Shown here: piece by piece, positions 1-9,098 of the stretch
How the letters are laid out: every line of letters starts with the position of its first letter
How positions within the stretch are numbered: the stretch's first letter is position 1
Origin: a virus
Taxonomy: Duplodnaviria; Caudoviricetes
Direction: 5' to 3' (one strand)
IMG/VR virus record: IMGVR_UViG_3300020042_011315
Location: 1-54,767 of that record
DNA: 54,767 nucleotides
Made by a program: the position numbers and the translations under genes
Notes under the pieces: model-generated
What the model saw: only the letters and a program-made list of their open reading frames with translations
Told to the model about the DNA's origin: nothing
Databases searched by the model: none

Positions 1-290
1 AGGCACTCATTGATGAAGGGCTTGATCCAACCGTTGCGATGATTCGCATACTCAAGGCCAAAGTGGTGGTAACGGATCGTTCTGGGCAGCCAGTTCTCGA
101 CCAGGACGGCAAACACATGATGGTGGACGCCGTGGACAACGACACCAAGCTGCGGGTACTCAATGAGCTACTTAGCTATACACAGCCCAAACTCAAGGCG
201 ATTGAGATGAGAGTGTCCGGTCACCTGGAACTTAGCAACGACCAGCTCGATCAGCGACTTCTAGCCCTAATGGCAAAGGCGTTAGCGTGA
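1..290 (+). CDS. Terminase small subunit-like protein, 5'-truncated by the window edge
   Basis: Frame is open from the window start (ALIDEGLDPTVAMIRIL...KLRVLNELLSYTQPKLKAIE...LSNDQLDQRL). The Y-x-x-PKLKAIE motif and C-terminal tail are typical of TerS. The stop overlaps a GTG start. Confidence 0.65.
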   Translation, partial: ALIDEGLDPTVAMIRILKAKVVVTDRSGQPVLDQDGKHMMVDAVDNDTKLRVLNELLSYTQPKLKAIEMRVSGHLELSNDQLDQRLLALMAKALA

Positions 291-382
291 ACCTGGCAGC
301 TTTGAATGAGAGTGAGAAGCGCGAACTATACGAGCGGCTGGGTTGCTGTAGTTTTGCATCGTTTTTCTCCGTAAAAAAATAA
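287..382 (+). pseudogene. Truncated N-terminus of terminase large subunit (about 17 codons, then a junction)
   Basis: GTGA overlap with the terS stop. Reads MNLAALNESEKRELYE, a TerL-like first helix, then runs into unrelated sequence and stops. Confidence 0.45.
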
Positions 383-384
383 AA

Positions 385-467
385 ACTCCTAGTCAAGGAG
401 TCGTAAAAACCTTGGGAACCCGCATGTTTACTTGAGAGGCATGCGTTTTTTGTCAAGATTCTGTCAA
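385..467 (-). other. Second att-like site: integrase arm-type repeat plus core-like inverted repeat, inverted relative to attP
   Basis: 445-467 is the exact reverse complement of 18249-18271 (TTGACAGAATCTTGACAAAAAAC). It is followed on the - strand by ATGCGGG and GACTCC-N7-GGAG at 42-nt spacing (41 nt in attP). Confidence 0.7.
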
Positions 468-715
468 TACGCAGTCATTTTTTGCTCTTTAGACCTGCGA
501 TTGATTTCTTCGTTCCACATACGCTTTGGCGAAACATCCTGTTCAGGAGCTGCTTCGTTTTGCTCTTCGCTTGGCTGCAGCATCTCCATCAATGCCTGGG
601 CTGCTTCACCAATCGAATCGAACTCTTGAGTAGTTGGTTCGCTGGCTTGATCGCCTTCGTCCTCAGTCACTCGAACTGAGCCGTCATCATTAATCTCGAT
701 CGTGATGGTTTCCAT
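464..715 (-). CDS. Acidic hypothetical phage protein, first gene of the late operon
   Basis: ORF METITIEINDDGSVRV..., GGAG RBS 7 nt upstream of the ATG at 715 (GTG at 721 is possible); lies downstream of the late promoter. Confidence 0.75.
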   Translation of the reverse strand: METITIEINDDGSVRVTEDEGDQASEPTTQEFDSIGEAAQALMEMLQPSEEQNEAAPEQDVSPKRMWNEEINRRSKEQKMTAY

Positions 716-735
716 CGTCACACTCCAGAAACGAC

Positions 736-780
736 AAAGCCGCCCAAAAGGCGGCCATAAAAAAACCGCTTGTTAGGCGG
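736..780 (-). terminator. Tandem hairpins/terminators in the late leader (tR'-like)
   Basis: CCGC..GCGG hairpin followed by T7 on the - strand (759-780), plus GCCGCC-N5-GGCGGC (739-755). Confidence 0.6.
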
Positions 781-819
781 CGACTTAGGAGTTGTGCAGA
801 CGCGGGTCTCCTGACAGGA

Positions 820-849
820 AATTTAACAGAAATGGAATAACACGGTCAA
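820..849 (-). promoter_or_regulatory. Putative sigma70 late promoter (pR'-like)
   Basis: TTGACC (849-844) and extended -10 TGnTAAATT (828-820), upstream of the leader terminators. Confidence 0.5.
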
Positions 850-932
850 GGGTCAAACGACCATAATATGGGTAGTTGAAAGCTCAGCTTACAAAGTGTT
901 TTAAATAGGCTAATGCCAAAGGGGAACAGGAA

Positions 933-1217
933 ATGCTAATTTCAATAAATCTCACTTGGGCCAGGTTTTCGGCAGGTATTGTCATTCTGTTTAGCCTGCT
1001 GTTTTTACTGAACTACAACTTGTATGTAATGCCTGATGCTTTGACAGTTACAGCTGGAAGCCTGACCGGTACGTCACTATTTACTTGGCTTGGCTGGAAG
1101 CTTACTAAGTTCAAGATGAAAGAAAGAAGCCCTGAATTCAAAATCTTTTTTCTTTCTGTTGTGTCTCTTCTTACCCTCACATCGTCGTTTTCTGGCATTT
1201 TGAAGTTGCTGGGTTAA
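933..1217 (+). CDS. Small 3-TM membrane protein (accessory)
   Basis: 94-aa ORF with three hydrophobic segments and a purine-rich RBS. Confidence 0.7.
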   Translation: MLISINLTWARFSAGIVILFSLLFLLNYNLYVMPDALTVTAGSLTGTSLFTWLGWKLTKFKMKERSPEFKIFFLSVVSLLTLTSSFSGILKLLG

Positions 1218-1221
1218 TCAC

Positions 1222-1455
1222 ATGCGATTCCTAATTACCAAGGCGCTACTTCTTAGCCTTGTCTTTTTAGCTGGCTGTCAGCCAAAAAGCGACGTGGATA
1301 AGTGCATAGAAGCCAAGTGGGAGTTGTTTGAGCTATTACAAAAGCAAGCTGTAGAGAACAAAGTGATACTGGATATACCCCTTCCGAAAGAAACCGCATT
1401 AGAGATAAAAATGGATCATCGGATGCAATGCCTGCACGGTTCAAAGATTAATTAA
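1222..1455 (+). CDS. Small lipoprotein
   Basis: Signal peptide with lipobox LAGC; two further Cys residues. Confidence 0.7.
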   Translation: MRFLITKALLLSLVFLAGCQPKSDVDKCIEAKWELFELLQKQAVENKVILDIPLPKETALEIKMDHRMQCLHGSKIN

Positions 1456-1464
1456 AGGTCAAAA

Positions 1465-2886
1465 ATGTTTAACGTATTTGATTACTCAGAAGTCCATAAA
1501 AATCCATTGCTAGCCTCTGAATTTATAAAAATTGTTCCAGCTTTTGAACTTGTAAAACACGTTCTTGAGACAAAAGACAATGAAAAATACAACAAAATCC
1601 TAAATAACAAAGCAATCAAAGACGGCATCTTAAATTCCGATCGCGACGACTTAAAACTTGTTTTGGCAACGTATGGAGATATTCTTGAACTCTGGGATTC
1701 AAAAAACTTCATTAAGTTGTATGAAAAAGGGATAAGTTTTAAGGCGGCACTATTCAGCAACTCAACAATAGACTGGTACAAGCTAGAGGATGTCGACAGA
1801 ATTGAGATATTGCATAAAACCATCCTGGCTGATATTGGAGATGATACGAACAGGGAATTGCTATTCACCATCGTAAATAACCCGCGAATGGATCGAAAAG
1901 TAATAGCAAACGCAATGCTTGGCAAAGATGGCTTTGATGCCCTACCTATGACTACTCGATTAGCAATAGCGGCCAAAGCAATTAAAGTTCAGCCGATTGA
2001 AGCTGAGTATTGGCCAGGCAAAGACTCGCCAGATACACATGAGCTATATTTTTCAAATGTGAACGAAGCTTTTTTGCCGATGGTTAAAGATGCAAAAAAT
2101 GCAATGGAGACCGATGAATTCGGAATCTTTCTAAATCATTTGCATTGGGAACTTCCTTATGCTGGACTGGACATCAACTCTGACCATTGGCTAAGTCCAG
2201 ATGAAATCGCAGAACTAGAAGAAAAGTATTCATCGCTGGAGTTCATTGATAAGTACTACAAAGTTAAGAGGGTTGCACTTCTGAGAGTTTTTGATTTTTT
2301 TGCTGACTGGTATGCCGCTGATGAAGGATACCCTCAGACAACGAAACAGCTTAGTCGCGCAGGCGTTGCAATACTAGCAGTGACCTCTTTGCTCCGAAAT
2401 TACTGGGTAAAGGATGATGTTCGTGAGATAGCAAATAATTTGCTGAAATCTCCGTCTTTGATTATTAGAGCTGCAGGCTACGCAACAATCTTCAACAACA
2501 TTACAGTTGAAAGAGAATCTGAAAAAGTAACTGAATTTTTTAGACTGTACCCAGACAACACTCTCGATAAATGGATTGGTATAACTAGTATTTCAGCATT
2601 TTGGCTTAGCGATGGCTATGGATCAAATGGGCGGGTTATCGCACAGCATATGAAAGCCAGTGGCTATATCGAGAAAATAAATACTGCACGAGATGACATG
2701 TACAAATACTTATTTTTACATTCGTTCAGTGAAAATTTAGAAAAGCACAACTCTTTGGCTAAGGTGGATTTATTGAACTCAAAATCCGAAGTGCCAGAGT
2801 TGGTTACAAACGCTTTCACAAATGAAGAAGCCAAAATTGATTCTCAAAAGCCAGAGAAAAGTTTTTTACAAAAGCTTTTTGACTAA
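1465..2886 (+). CDS. Hypothetical 473-aa soluble, largely helical protein (accessory)
   Basis: Long AT-rich ORF; no recognisable catalytic motif. Confidence 0.8.
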   Translation: MFNVFDYSEVHKNPLLASEFIKIVPAFELVKHVLETKDNEKYNKILNNKAIKDGILNSDRDDLKLVLATYGDILELWDSKNFIKLYEKGISFKAALFSNSTIDWYKLEDVDRIEILHKTILADIGDDTNRELLFTIVNNPRMDRKVIANAMLGKDGFDALPMTTRLAIAAKAIKVQPIEAEYWPGKDSPDTHELYFSNVNEAFLPMVKDAKNAMETDEFGIFLNHLHWELPYAGLDINSDHWLSPDEIAELEEKYSSLEFIDKYYKVKRVALLRVFDFFADWYAADEGYPQTTKQLSRAGVAILAVTSLLRNYWVKDDVREIANNLLKSPSLIIRAAGYATIFNNITVERESEKVTEFFRLYPDNTLDKWIGITSISAFWLSDGYGSNGRVIAQHMKASGYIEKINTARDDMYKYLFLHSFSENLEKHNSLAKVDLLNSKSEVPELVTNAFTNEEAKIDSQKPEKSFLQKLFD

Positions 2887-3119
2887 TTTAGAACTCCTGT
2901 AACCTTAATTGCGTCACGGGAAGCAACCCAGCTAACCAATGCCACTTGTAACGTGCTTTACGAACAGTTGTTTGTTGGAGCAGTCGCGGCGTTGAAATGC
3001 TGCTTGTGTTTGGTGGGCTATATGACGCTAGCTTGCAAGTATTTAACAGCTTGTAGGGCTCAATAGCTTGCTTTTGGGTGACGGTAAAAATAGAATAAAA
3101 AAATTTAATTGGAGGTACT

Positions 3120-3479
3120 ATGGCTATGCAAGCTAAAAAGAAATGGTATGAAAAGTTATTTGAGCTGGCTATCTTATTTGGATTAGTAGGGGTTGCATAT
3201 TTCATCCTTAAGAACTCAGAGCTTGGAAGCATTAGCTTTTATATTTTCTTGGCATTTGGATTTGCATTTCTTTATAACAATGTTGAAAACTTAAAGTTTG
3301 ATTTGAAACATTTGACTACAAATGTTGAAGATAATTTTGGCCAAACATTTGATTCATTGCAAAGAAAGTATGATTCAATTGAAAGCTTACAAAGTCAATT
3401 ATTAGATCTTAAGTCAGCTAACGAAAAAATGCTTAGCCAGATTGATGAGTTGAAATTTGAAATTCAAAGAAATAAGTAG
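3120..3479 (+). CDS. 2-TM plus coiled-coil protein
   Basis: GGAGG RBS; two hydrophobic helices followed by a heptad-rich tail. Confidence 0.75.
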   Translation: MAMQAKKKWYEKLFELAILFGLVGVAYFILKNSELGSISFYIFLAFGFAFLYNNVENLKFDLKHLTTNVEDNFGQTFDSLQRKYDSIESLQSQLLDLKSANEKMLSQIDELKFEIQRNK

Positions 3480-3538
3480 CAGCATTACTTAATTTAATGC
3501 TTAAGGGTAAATCAATTTAACTTTTTTTGAGAGTAATT

Positions 3539-3811
3539 ATGGAACAACCCTTTATTTACGAAAGTCTCAATAAGCTAAACAGTAATGAAATTGTTGAACG
3601 AATAAAGATGGGCCACTATTCAGATGAAGCCAAAGCAATCGCAATCTCTATTTTGAACGAAAGAAATATTCCTGTTCCCACTTTTGATGAAAACTACTCT
3701 TCCCCAAAAATATCATTTTATAAAAGTCATCCTATCTGGTTTTGGACTTTCTTCAGTGTTGGTATCACTATAGTTACTAGATTAATTCAAAAAATTGTGA
3801 ATTCGTTTTGA
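3539..3811 (+). CDS. Small protein with C-terminal TM anchor
   Basis: ORF MEQPFIYESL...; C-terminal hydrophobic helix. Confidence 0.65.
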   Translation: MEQPFIYESLNKLNSNEIVERIKMGHYSDEAKAIAISILNERNIPVPTFDENYSSPKISFYKSHPIWFWTFFSVGITIVTRLIQKIVNSF

Positions 3812-4004
3812 CAAAGCAATAGTATTGAAGTGCATTGAACCTCATTGATACTCTACTAAATTGTCAAATTCAAATAATTAACAAACGACTTTCGGTGCAG
3901 ATGCTTTGTTGTATGAATGGGGAGATAGTGCAGCTAACAATGTCCAATCCGTCTTTGTCTTTGTATCCCACTTCTTTTGTTATGAAAATCTGCGCTGACT
4001 AAGT

Positions 4005-4496
4005 TTAAAAATCCAACTCTGCAACCAGCTTCTTCATTACAGCCCCAGCTACTTCCCTCTCCATACGAGAGATGGTCACTTCTAGCCATTCCGACGCGTC
4101 GCCAGTATGCACAAAAGGCGCTTTCCCGGCGCCCCGGCAATGCAGGCAGATTTGGTCACTTAGAACCGGTGCTCCGGGAATGACGTCGTAACCCCTACCG
4201 ACACAAGGCTTACAGACATCGTCAACATAGTGTTTAACAGCGTTGAAGGCTAGGAGCATTGCATCTGTGTATTTGACATTTCGCTTAGCCAGCATCTCAG
4301 CCAGTGACGTGACAACCTTAGAGAACTCAGCCACATCACCCGCATACTTCAATCTCCATAGGCTGACACCTATCGGGTTGGACTGCCCAACCATCCCGGT
4401 TGCTCTAACAATATCGATGTCACCAAACTCACCGTTAGCTGACTCTGCCAAGTTGCTCGAGGTCTGGCTGCGAACCATTCTTTCTTTTGTAGTCAT
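4005..4496 (-). CDS. Antitermination Q-like zinc-finger protein
   Basis: CKPCVGRG...CLHCRGAG motifs; last gene of the leftward operon before the late promoter. Confidence 0.65.
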   Translation of the reverse strand: MTTKERMVRSQTSSNLAESANGEFGDIDIVRATGMVGQSNPIGVSLWRLKYAGDVAEFSKVVTSLAEMLAKRNVKYTDAMLLAFNAVKHYVDDVCKPCVGRGYDVIPGAPVLSDQICLHCRGAGKAPFVHTGDASEWLEVTISRMEREVAGAVMKKLVAELDF

Positions 4497-5791
4497 GCAA
4501 ACTCCTTTTTGACTGCATCCAAAAGCGCTTGCTGCATGTCACCTTTGGTCGCAAGCACTTCCATAATTTGTTCATCAATCGTGTCGATGGCTACCAGGTG
4601 GTGAACCACAACCCCACTCTTTTGTCCTGTCCTGTGCAGTCTGGCGTTTGCTTGTTCATACAAGTCCAGGCTGAAAGGCAATCCAAACCAGACAATCACA
4701 TTGCCACCAACTTGAAGGCCGTCAACGCCGTGACCACCAGAAGCTGGGTGCATCAACAAAAGAGGCACTAAACCTTTTTGCCAAGATTTCAAAGATGGTT
4801 CACCATCAAAAACTAAGGCTTCGGGAAATCGCTCCAAGATTCGCGCCTGGTCATGTTGAAAGCTGGTTAAGCAGAGAACTGGCTCTCCCTGGTCAACAAT
4901 TTCTTCCAAGGCATCAAGCTTTGCATCGTGAATGTGTCGAACTACTCTGCTCTCGTTGTAGACCGCTCCATTTGCCATTTGTGCCAGCTTGCCTGCCAGT
5001 ACCCCGGCCGATACCGCAACAATGTCCTCAACCACCATTTCTTCTTTCATCTTTTCGTATTCGGTCATGTCAAAGCTAACCGTAACCACGTTATCAATCC
5101 GATCTGGCAAAACGATGTCGCTTTCGACGCTGAGCATGATGTCAGCCAAGGCTTCATGGATTTCTTTCGCTGCACCTGCTTTCAACGCCCAGGAGTAAAC
5201 GACGTGTCCGTTTCGCTTATCCGGAACAAACCACTTGTCGCGATACGCAGTAAGTGACCGGCCAAGACGTTTTCCCCAATCGAGCATGCTGATCTGTGGC
5301 CAAAGTTCAAGCAATGAGTTTGGTGCCGGTGTTCCACTCAAGATATACAACCTCTTAATCTTGTCCCGAACACTTTTAAGCGACTTCCAGCTTTTGCTGG
5401 ATCGATCTTTAAAACCCCTGTTCTCATCGATCACCACACAGTCAAACGGCCAACTCGGCAGCTCTTGCACCAACCAACTGAAGTTTTCACGGTTGATGAC
5501 GTAGATATCCGCTTCGGCAGCCAAAGCTTTTTTTCTGGCTGCGGGGTTACCAAGCAATCTCTGAATTCGAAGCTGCTTGGTCTGATTCCACTTTGCAGCC
5601 TCGGTATGCCAAACCAGCTCAGCTACCCGCTTTGGCGCAACAACCAAAGTCTTTTGAGCCTTCATAGCCTGAAGCGCAAGCAAAGTAATCACTGTTTTTC
5701 CAGCGCCCATCCTGAGCGCCAATAGATGTGCTGGCTTATCAACCATTCGTTTTACTGCCAAGCTCTGATATGGCCTAGGTGAGAAATTCAT
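4493..5791 (-). CDS. SNF2-family (DEAD/H-like) phage helicase
   Basis: PRPYQ, MGAGKT (Walker A), VVIDE, SGTPAPN and QANARLHRTGQ motifs. Likely start MNFSPRPYQ. Confidence 0.9.
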   Translation of the reverse strand: MNFSPRPYQSLAVKRMVDKPAHLLALRMGAGKTVITLLALQAMKAQKTLVVAPKRVAELVWHTEAAKWNQTKQLRIQRLLGNPAARKKALAAEADIYVINRENFSWLVQELPSWPFDCVVIDENRGFKDRSSKSWKSLKSVRDKIKRLYILSGTPAPNSLLELWPQISMLDWGKRLGRSLTAYRDKWFVPDKRNGHVVYSWALKAGAAKEIHEALADIMLSVESDIVLPDRIDNVVTVSFDMTEYEKMKEEMVVEDIVAVSAGVLAGKLAQMANGAVYNESRVVRHIHDAKLDALEEIVDQGEPVLCLTSFQHDQARILERFPEALVFDGEPSLKSWQKGLVPLLLMHPASGGHGVDGLQVGGNVIVWFGLPFSLDLYEQANARLHRTGQKSGVVVHHLVAIDTIDEQIMEVLATKGDMQQALLDAVKKEFA

Positions 5792-6050
5792 CAACTGCCT
5801 CCTTTGAATCAAGCCAAGCTGCTCGGCAGCCCAACTGTTTTAAAACTTCCAAGGTGTGAAGTTGCAACTTGGACGGTTTAGCGCCTGGCCGCTTAACCTC
5901 CACAAAAAAAACTTCACCTTGGGGTAACACGCCAATTCGGTCTGGCACACCGGCATGGCCGGGACTGACCCACTTAAAACACTGACCCCCCATCGCTTTG
6001 ACCCGTTTAACCAAATACCTCTCAACATCAATTTCCTGACAACCTGACAT
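5775..6050 (-). CDS. VRR-NUC domain nuclease
   Basis: E-x-x-VE...KWVSPG..GVPDR...FVEVKRPG (PD-(D/E)xK). Confidence 0.9.
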   Translation of the reverse strand: MSGCQEIDVERYLVKRVKAMGGQCFKWVSPGHAGVPDRIGVLPQGEVFFVEVKRPGAKPSKLQLHTLEVLKQLGCRAAWLDSKEAVDEFLT

Positions 6051-6215
6051 GTCAAGCGCCTTTTAAGTCGTCAACATATGTATTTTTTTCTTTTGAAAAA
6101 AAGTTACTACATGTGAGCAACCCGTAAAACTTGTCAGGCTTGTCAGGAAATACACATTTCTCCTATGAAAAGGTGCTCTGACAAGTTGCCTGACAAGTTG
6201 AGTTCCTGACAAGTT
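6035..6215. repeat. Iteron cluster, putative replication origin
   Basis: CTGACA(AG) repeats in both orientations (6035-6049, 6130-6147 inverted, three copies at 6178-6215) flanking an A/T tract, directly downstream of the primase gene. Confidence 0.65.
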
Positions 6216-8667
6216 AGACCCCTAAGAAATCCATGCCGGTGGTTGAATCAAGCAACTTGACCGCTTCATCTACTGACAAGTCCTCACCTTGAAGCGTCCA
6301 GACTCGACATGCTTCACCGTTCCACCACCGTCTTGTCAGGAATCTGAACCCCTTGGCCGTCAACATTCGGTTAACTCGAGTGGTTTGAAATGGCTCATCG
6401 GTCTTAGCTCGAAGTGCTCTTGAGAGGTGCTGTGATGAAACAACTTGTTTATGAACGCCAACAGCACCACTCTCAATCAACTCCTCAGCCAAGATGTCCA
6501 ACTCAGACTTCGACATCTCAACTACGGTGTCTTTTGTGGAAGTGTGTGGAGCACGTCCATCGGCTTTGAACTCGTCATGCAACGCAAGGCTCAAGAACCA
6601 TTGACGCAGTGCGCCTGCATTGTTTTGAATCGCAAGGAAAAGCTTTTTGTAGTAACCCTCATCGGTCAAGCGCTTAACTTCGGCAAGCCCAATGGATGAG
6701 CTTATGAACATGAACCGCCGGTCTTCGTCTTCAACCGGAGCACCATCCAAGTAGTTTGAAAGCACCAAATAGTTCGTTGAATTCGGCGCCACGTAACTGG
6801 GTTTGCCCTTGGGGTGAATTTCAACTTCGGTGTTTGTGATGAAAGGCTTCAAACGGTTCATCACGTCAAACCGGTTGTGGCCGTGCTGCTTCATCTCTTC
6901 AATCGTTGTCAGGGCGTAGCCCATCGCCCAATCGGTAAAGTTGCTCTCAAGGGTCGATCCATTTAGCGAGCGCACGTTTTGGCCACCCATGCAGTGACCA
7001 AGCAGCTCACCAAAAAAAGACTTACCGTCACCAGGGGGTCCATGCAGGTATGGAGTCCAGCGAATTTTTACGCCCGGGCGCTGCACGTTATGCGCAACCC
7101 AGGACATAAAGATACCCCTCTCCCGTTCATTTTTGATGTACTTTGCAAAATGGGTTTTGACAAGCTCAATAGCTTCTAAGTTTTCTGCACTGAGCTGCGC
7201 AGGCATCTCTGGCTCAGAGCCAACGCGGTACAGATTGACCCAAAGCTTGCCAAACATAGTGAACATTGAGCCGCAAGCTGGCATATAGGCTTTGTGCGCG
7301 ACCACTGGAATGCGCCACTCCTCAAGCGCAAACAAATCGGCTTGTTCGCGGTCGCCAAAGAAGTTCGTTGGCATATTGCGGTTGAACATGCTCTTGAAAC
7401 CCTTGCTGGTAACTTCTTGCTTGGATTCAAGGTTAAGGAACTTATCAACGTCCGTCACATACACCCAAGGCTTTACCCAACCAGGTGCGTTTGATGAACC
7501 ACCCGATGGCACGACTTGTGAATTCACACCAAGCAACTCACGAACTGTTTTGGTTGGAAGCTTTGCGCCTGTTAGCGCCTTATGTTTTACGTTCCAAGTT
7601 GCCACCAATATTTCTTTTTGGTTTACATCTAAAAGCTTATCCTGGCTGATGACCTTGGCAACCTTGGTGCGAAGCGCCATGTCATCCGCGCAGTCATCAA
7701 TAAGCTTTTTTGCGGCTTCAACAGCACCCCTCTTTTGTTGCTCTAGTGCTTCTTCGCGCGCGCTCTTAGTTGTCTTGATAATCCAACCAAGCGTTACAAC
7801 CCCAGTGGTTTTTTTGCTTTTGAAAGATTTCCACTTCTTATCTTCGTAATCACGGTTTGGATTTTTCTTAGGTGACTGAGCAAACATCTCATGCCAAATC
7901 TCCAAACCTTCGTCATCACCATCGAACTGGTGATGCAACGCTTGGCCAACTTTGAGCCAGTCGTTGTAGTGCATGGACAGCTCGAGGTATGGCGCGATCT
8001 CGTCTCTAATGCGGTCTGCGTCCCAGCCTTCGATTGGAGCTTTGAGATTAAGCAGATCATCGACAGTGCTATCGACTGATTCATTCTTAGCACCAGTCAA
8101 CTCAACAAGCCAACCAACGTCTTGCTCAAATATCGGTAGCGCGTTGTGACCATTCAAGCTGTGACCCGTGACCGTGAAAAATCTGCCAGTGTTATGTTTG
8201 TACAGCTCGATGTCGATTTGCGTATCTTGCTCACCCAAGGTGTCTTTGATCCCCTTTTTCTGCGTTGATGCAGCCAGGTTGGAAATCGTGAAAAGCTTGA
8301 TGCCCGTACCAGACGGGCTAACCTCGGCGTAGCCATCAACTTGCGCCAAAGTTTTGTTGGCTAGTTCAGTGAGTGCCCCAGTGGCCGTATCACGGCAATC
8401 ATCAAGATCAATGCCATCGATGTTTTCTGTGAGCACAATGCCAATACCGTAATCAGGATTGAGCATTGCGAAATCCCAAACCTCATCAAAGCTAGCCCAG
8501 GTCTTTGGGTCACTGGTCGACGCTCTTTTGATGCTCGTTGTGAAAGGCATCTTTTTCCAGACACCATCTTCAAAGATGTAGCCCCATAAAACCCAGTGTG
8601 GGTGGGCACGAATGTCGTCGGGTATGCCTCCGAAATTAACCGGCAAGGCGTGAGGACGGGCGATCAT
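6214..8667 (-). CDS. Primase-polymerase/helicase (NrS-1-like prim-pol + PriCT-2 + SF3/DUF5906 helicase)
   Basis: GIDLDDC and EVSPSGTG prim-pol motifs; YNDWLKVGQALH PriCT-2; GPPGDGKS Walker A. Confidence 0.9.
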   Translation of the reverse strand: MIARPHALPVNFGGIPDDIRAHPHWVLWGYIFEDGVWKKMPFTTSIKRASTSDPKTWASFDEVWDFAMLNPDYGIGIVLTENIDGIDLDDCRDTATGALTELANKTLAQVDGYAEVSPSGTGIKLFTISNLAASTQKKGIKDTLGEQDTQIDIELYKHNTGRFFTVTGHSLNGHNALPIFEQDVGWLVELTGAKNESVDSTVDDLLNLKAPIEGWDADRIRDEIAPYLELSMHYNDWLKVGQALHHQFDGDDEGLEIWHEMFAQSPKKNPNRDYEDKKWKSFKSKKTTGVVTLGWIIKTTKSAREEALEQQKRGAVEAAKKLIDDCADDMALRTKVAKVISQDKLLDVNQKEILVATWNVKHKALTGAKLPTKTVRELLGVNSQVVPSGGSSNAPGWVKPWVYVTDVDKFLNLESKQEVTSKGFKSMFNRNMPTNFFGDREQADLFALEEWRIPVVAHKAYMPACGSMFTMFGKLWVNLYRVGSEPEMPAQLSAENLEAIELVKTHFAKYIKNERERGIFMSWVAHNVQRPGVKIRWTPYLHGPPGDGKSFFGELLGHCMGGQNVRSLNGSTLESNFTDWAMGYALTTIEEMKQHGHNRFDVMNRLKPFITNTEVEIHPKGKPSYVAPNSTNYLVLSNYLDGAPVEDEDRRFMFISSSIGLAEVKRLTDEGYYKKLFLAIQNNAGALRQWFLSLALHDEFKADGRAPHTSTKDTVVEMSKSELDILAEELIESGAVGVHKQVVSSQHLSRALRAKTDEPFQTTRVNRMLTAKGFRFLTRRWWNGEACRVWTLQGEDLSVDEAVKLLDSTTGMDFLGV

Positions 8668-8864
8668 GTTTGACTCGCTGCGTCAGCGATTGCGCCAAGC
8701 TCATTGGCGATAGATCGATTACTTTCGGCAATATCAAGCATTGCTTTACGAATGCCGTTGAGGGCATCGTTCAAAATCAATGCGGAAATAATTTCGGGGT
8801 TGTTACTAACAATTTGCGCATCTTCAAGAAGATCACGCAGATACTCACTTCGAGCAATAGCCAT
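8664..8864 (-). CDS. Hypothetical phage protein
   Basis: 66-aa ORF whose stop overlaps the primase start. Confidence 0.65.
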   Translation of the reverse strand: MAIARSEYLRDLLEDAQIVSNNPEIISALILNDALNGIRKAMLDIAESNRSIANELGAIADAASQT

Positions 8865-8906
8865 GATGAAAAGTCCAAAAACAGCACCGCGAACCGCGCG
8901 ACTCGG

Positions 8907-9098
8907 TTAGTGTTTTATCGGATTAACGGGGTTGAGCAGTTTTAAAATTGCAGCCTGGACATGCTGCTGGAACGCTGTGACGGCGTTCGAGTCGGCCCTA
9001 AGAGTGATGACGTAACTGTTGTCATCAAAACTCATAGTCCCACCTTGTCCAAGAAATTCCAAATCTTCCATTGACAGGCTGATTGGTATTTCTTTCAC
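8907..9098 (-). CDS. Hypothetical phage protein
   Basis: 63-aa ORF coupled to the cro stop (GTGA overlap). Confidence 0.6.
   Translation of the reverse strand: MKEIPISLSMEDLEFLGQGGTMSFDDNSYVITLRADSNAVTAFQQHVQAAILKLLNPVNPIKH

Noticed and set aside
3806-3870. TTTGACAA...TTGTCAAA inverted repeat with ATTGA 10-bp periodicity, resembling an att arm
   Set aside because: Only 8-bp matches in AT-rich DNA and no core-like site nearby.
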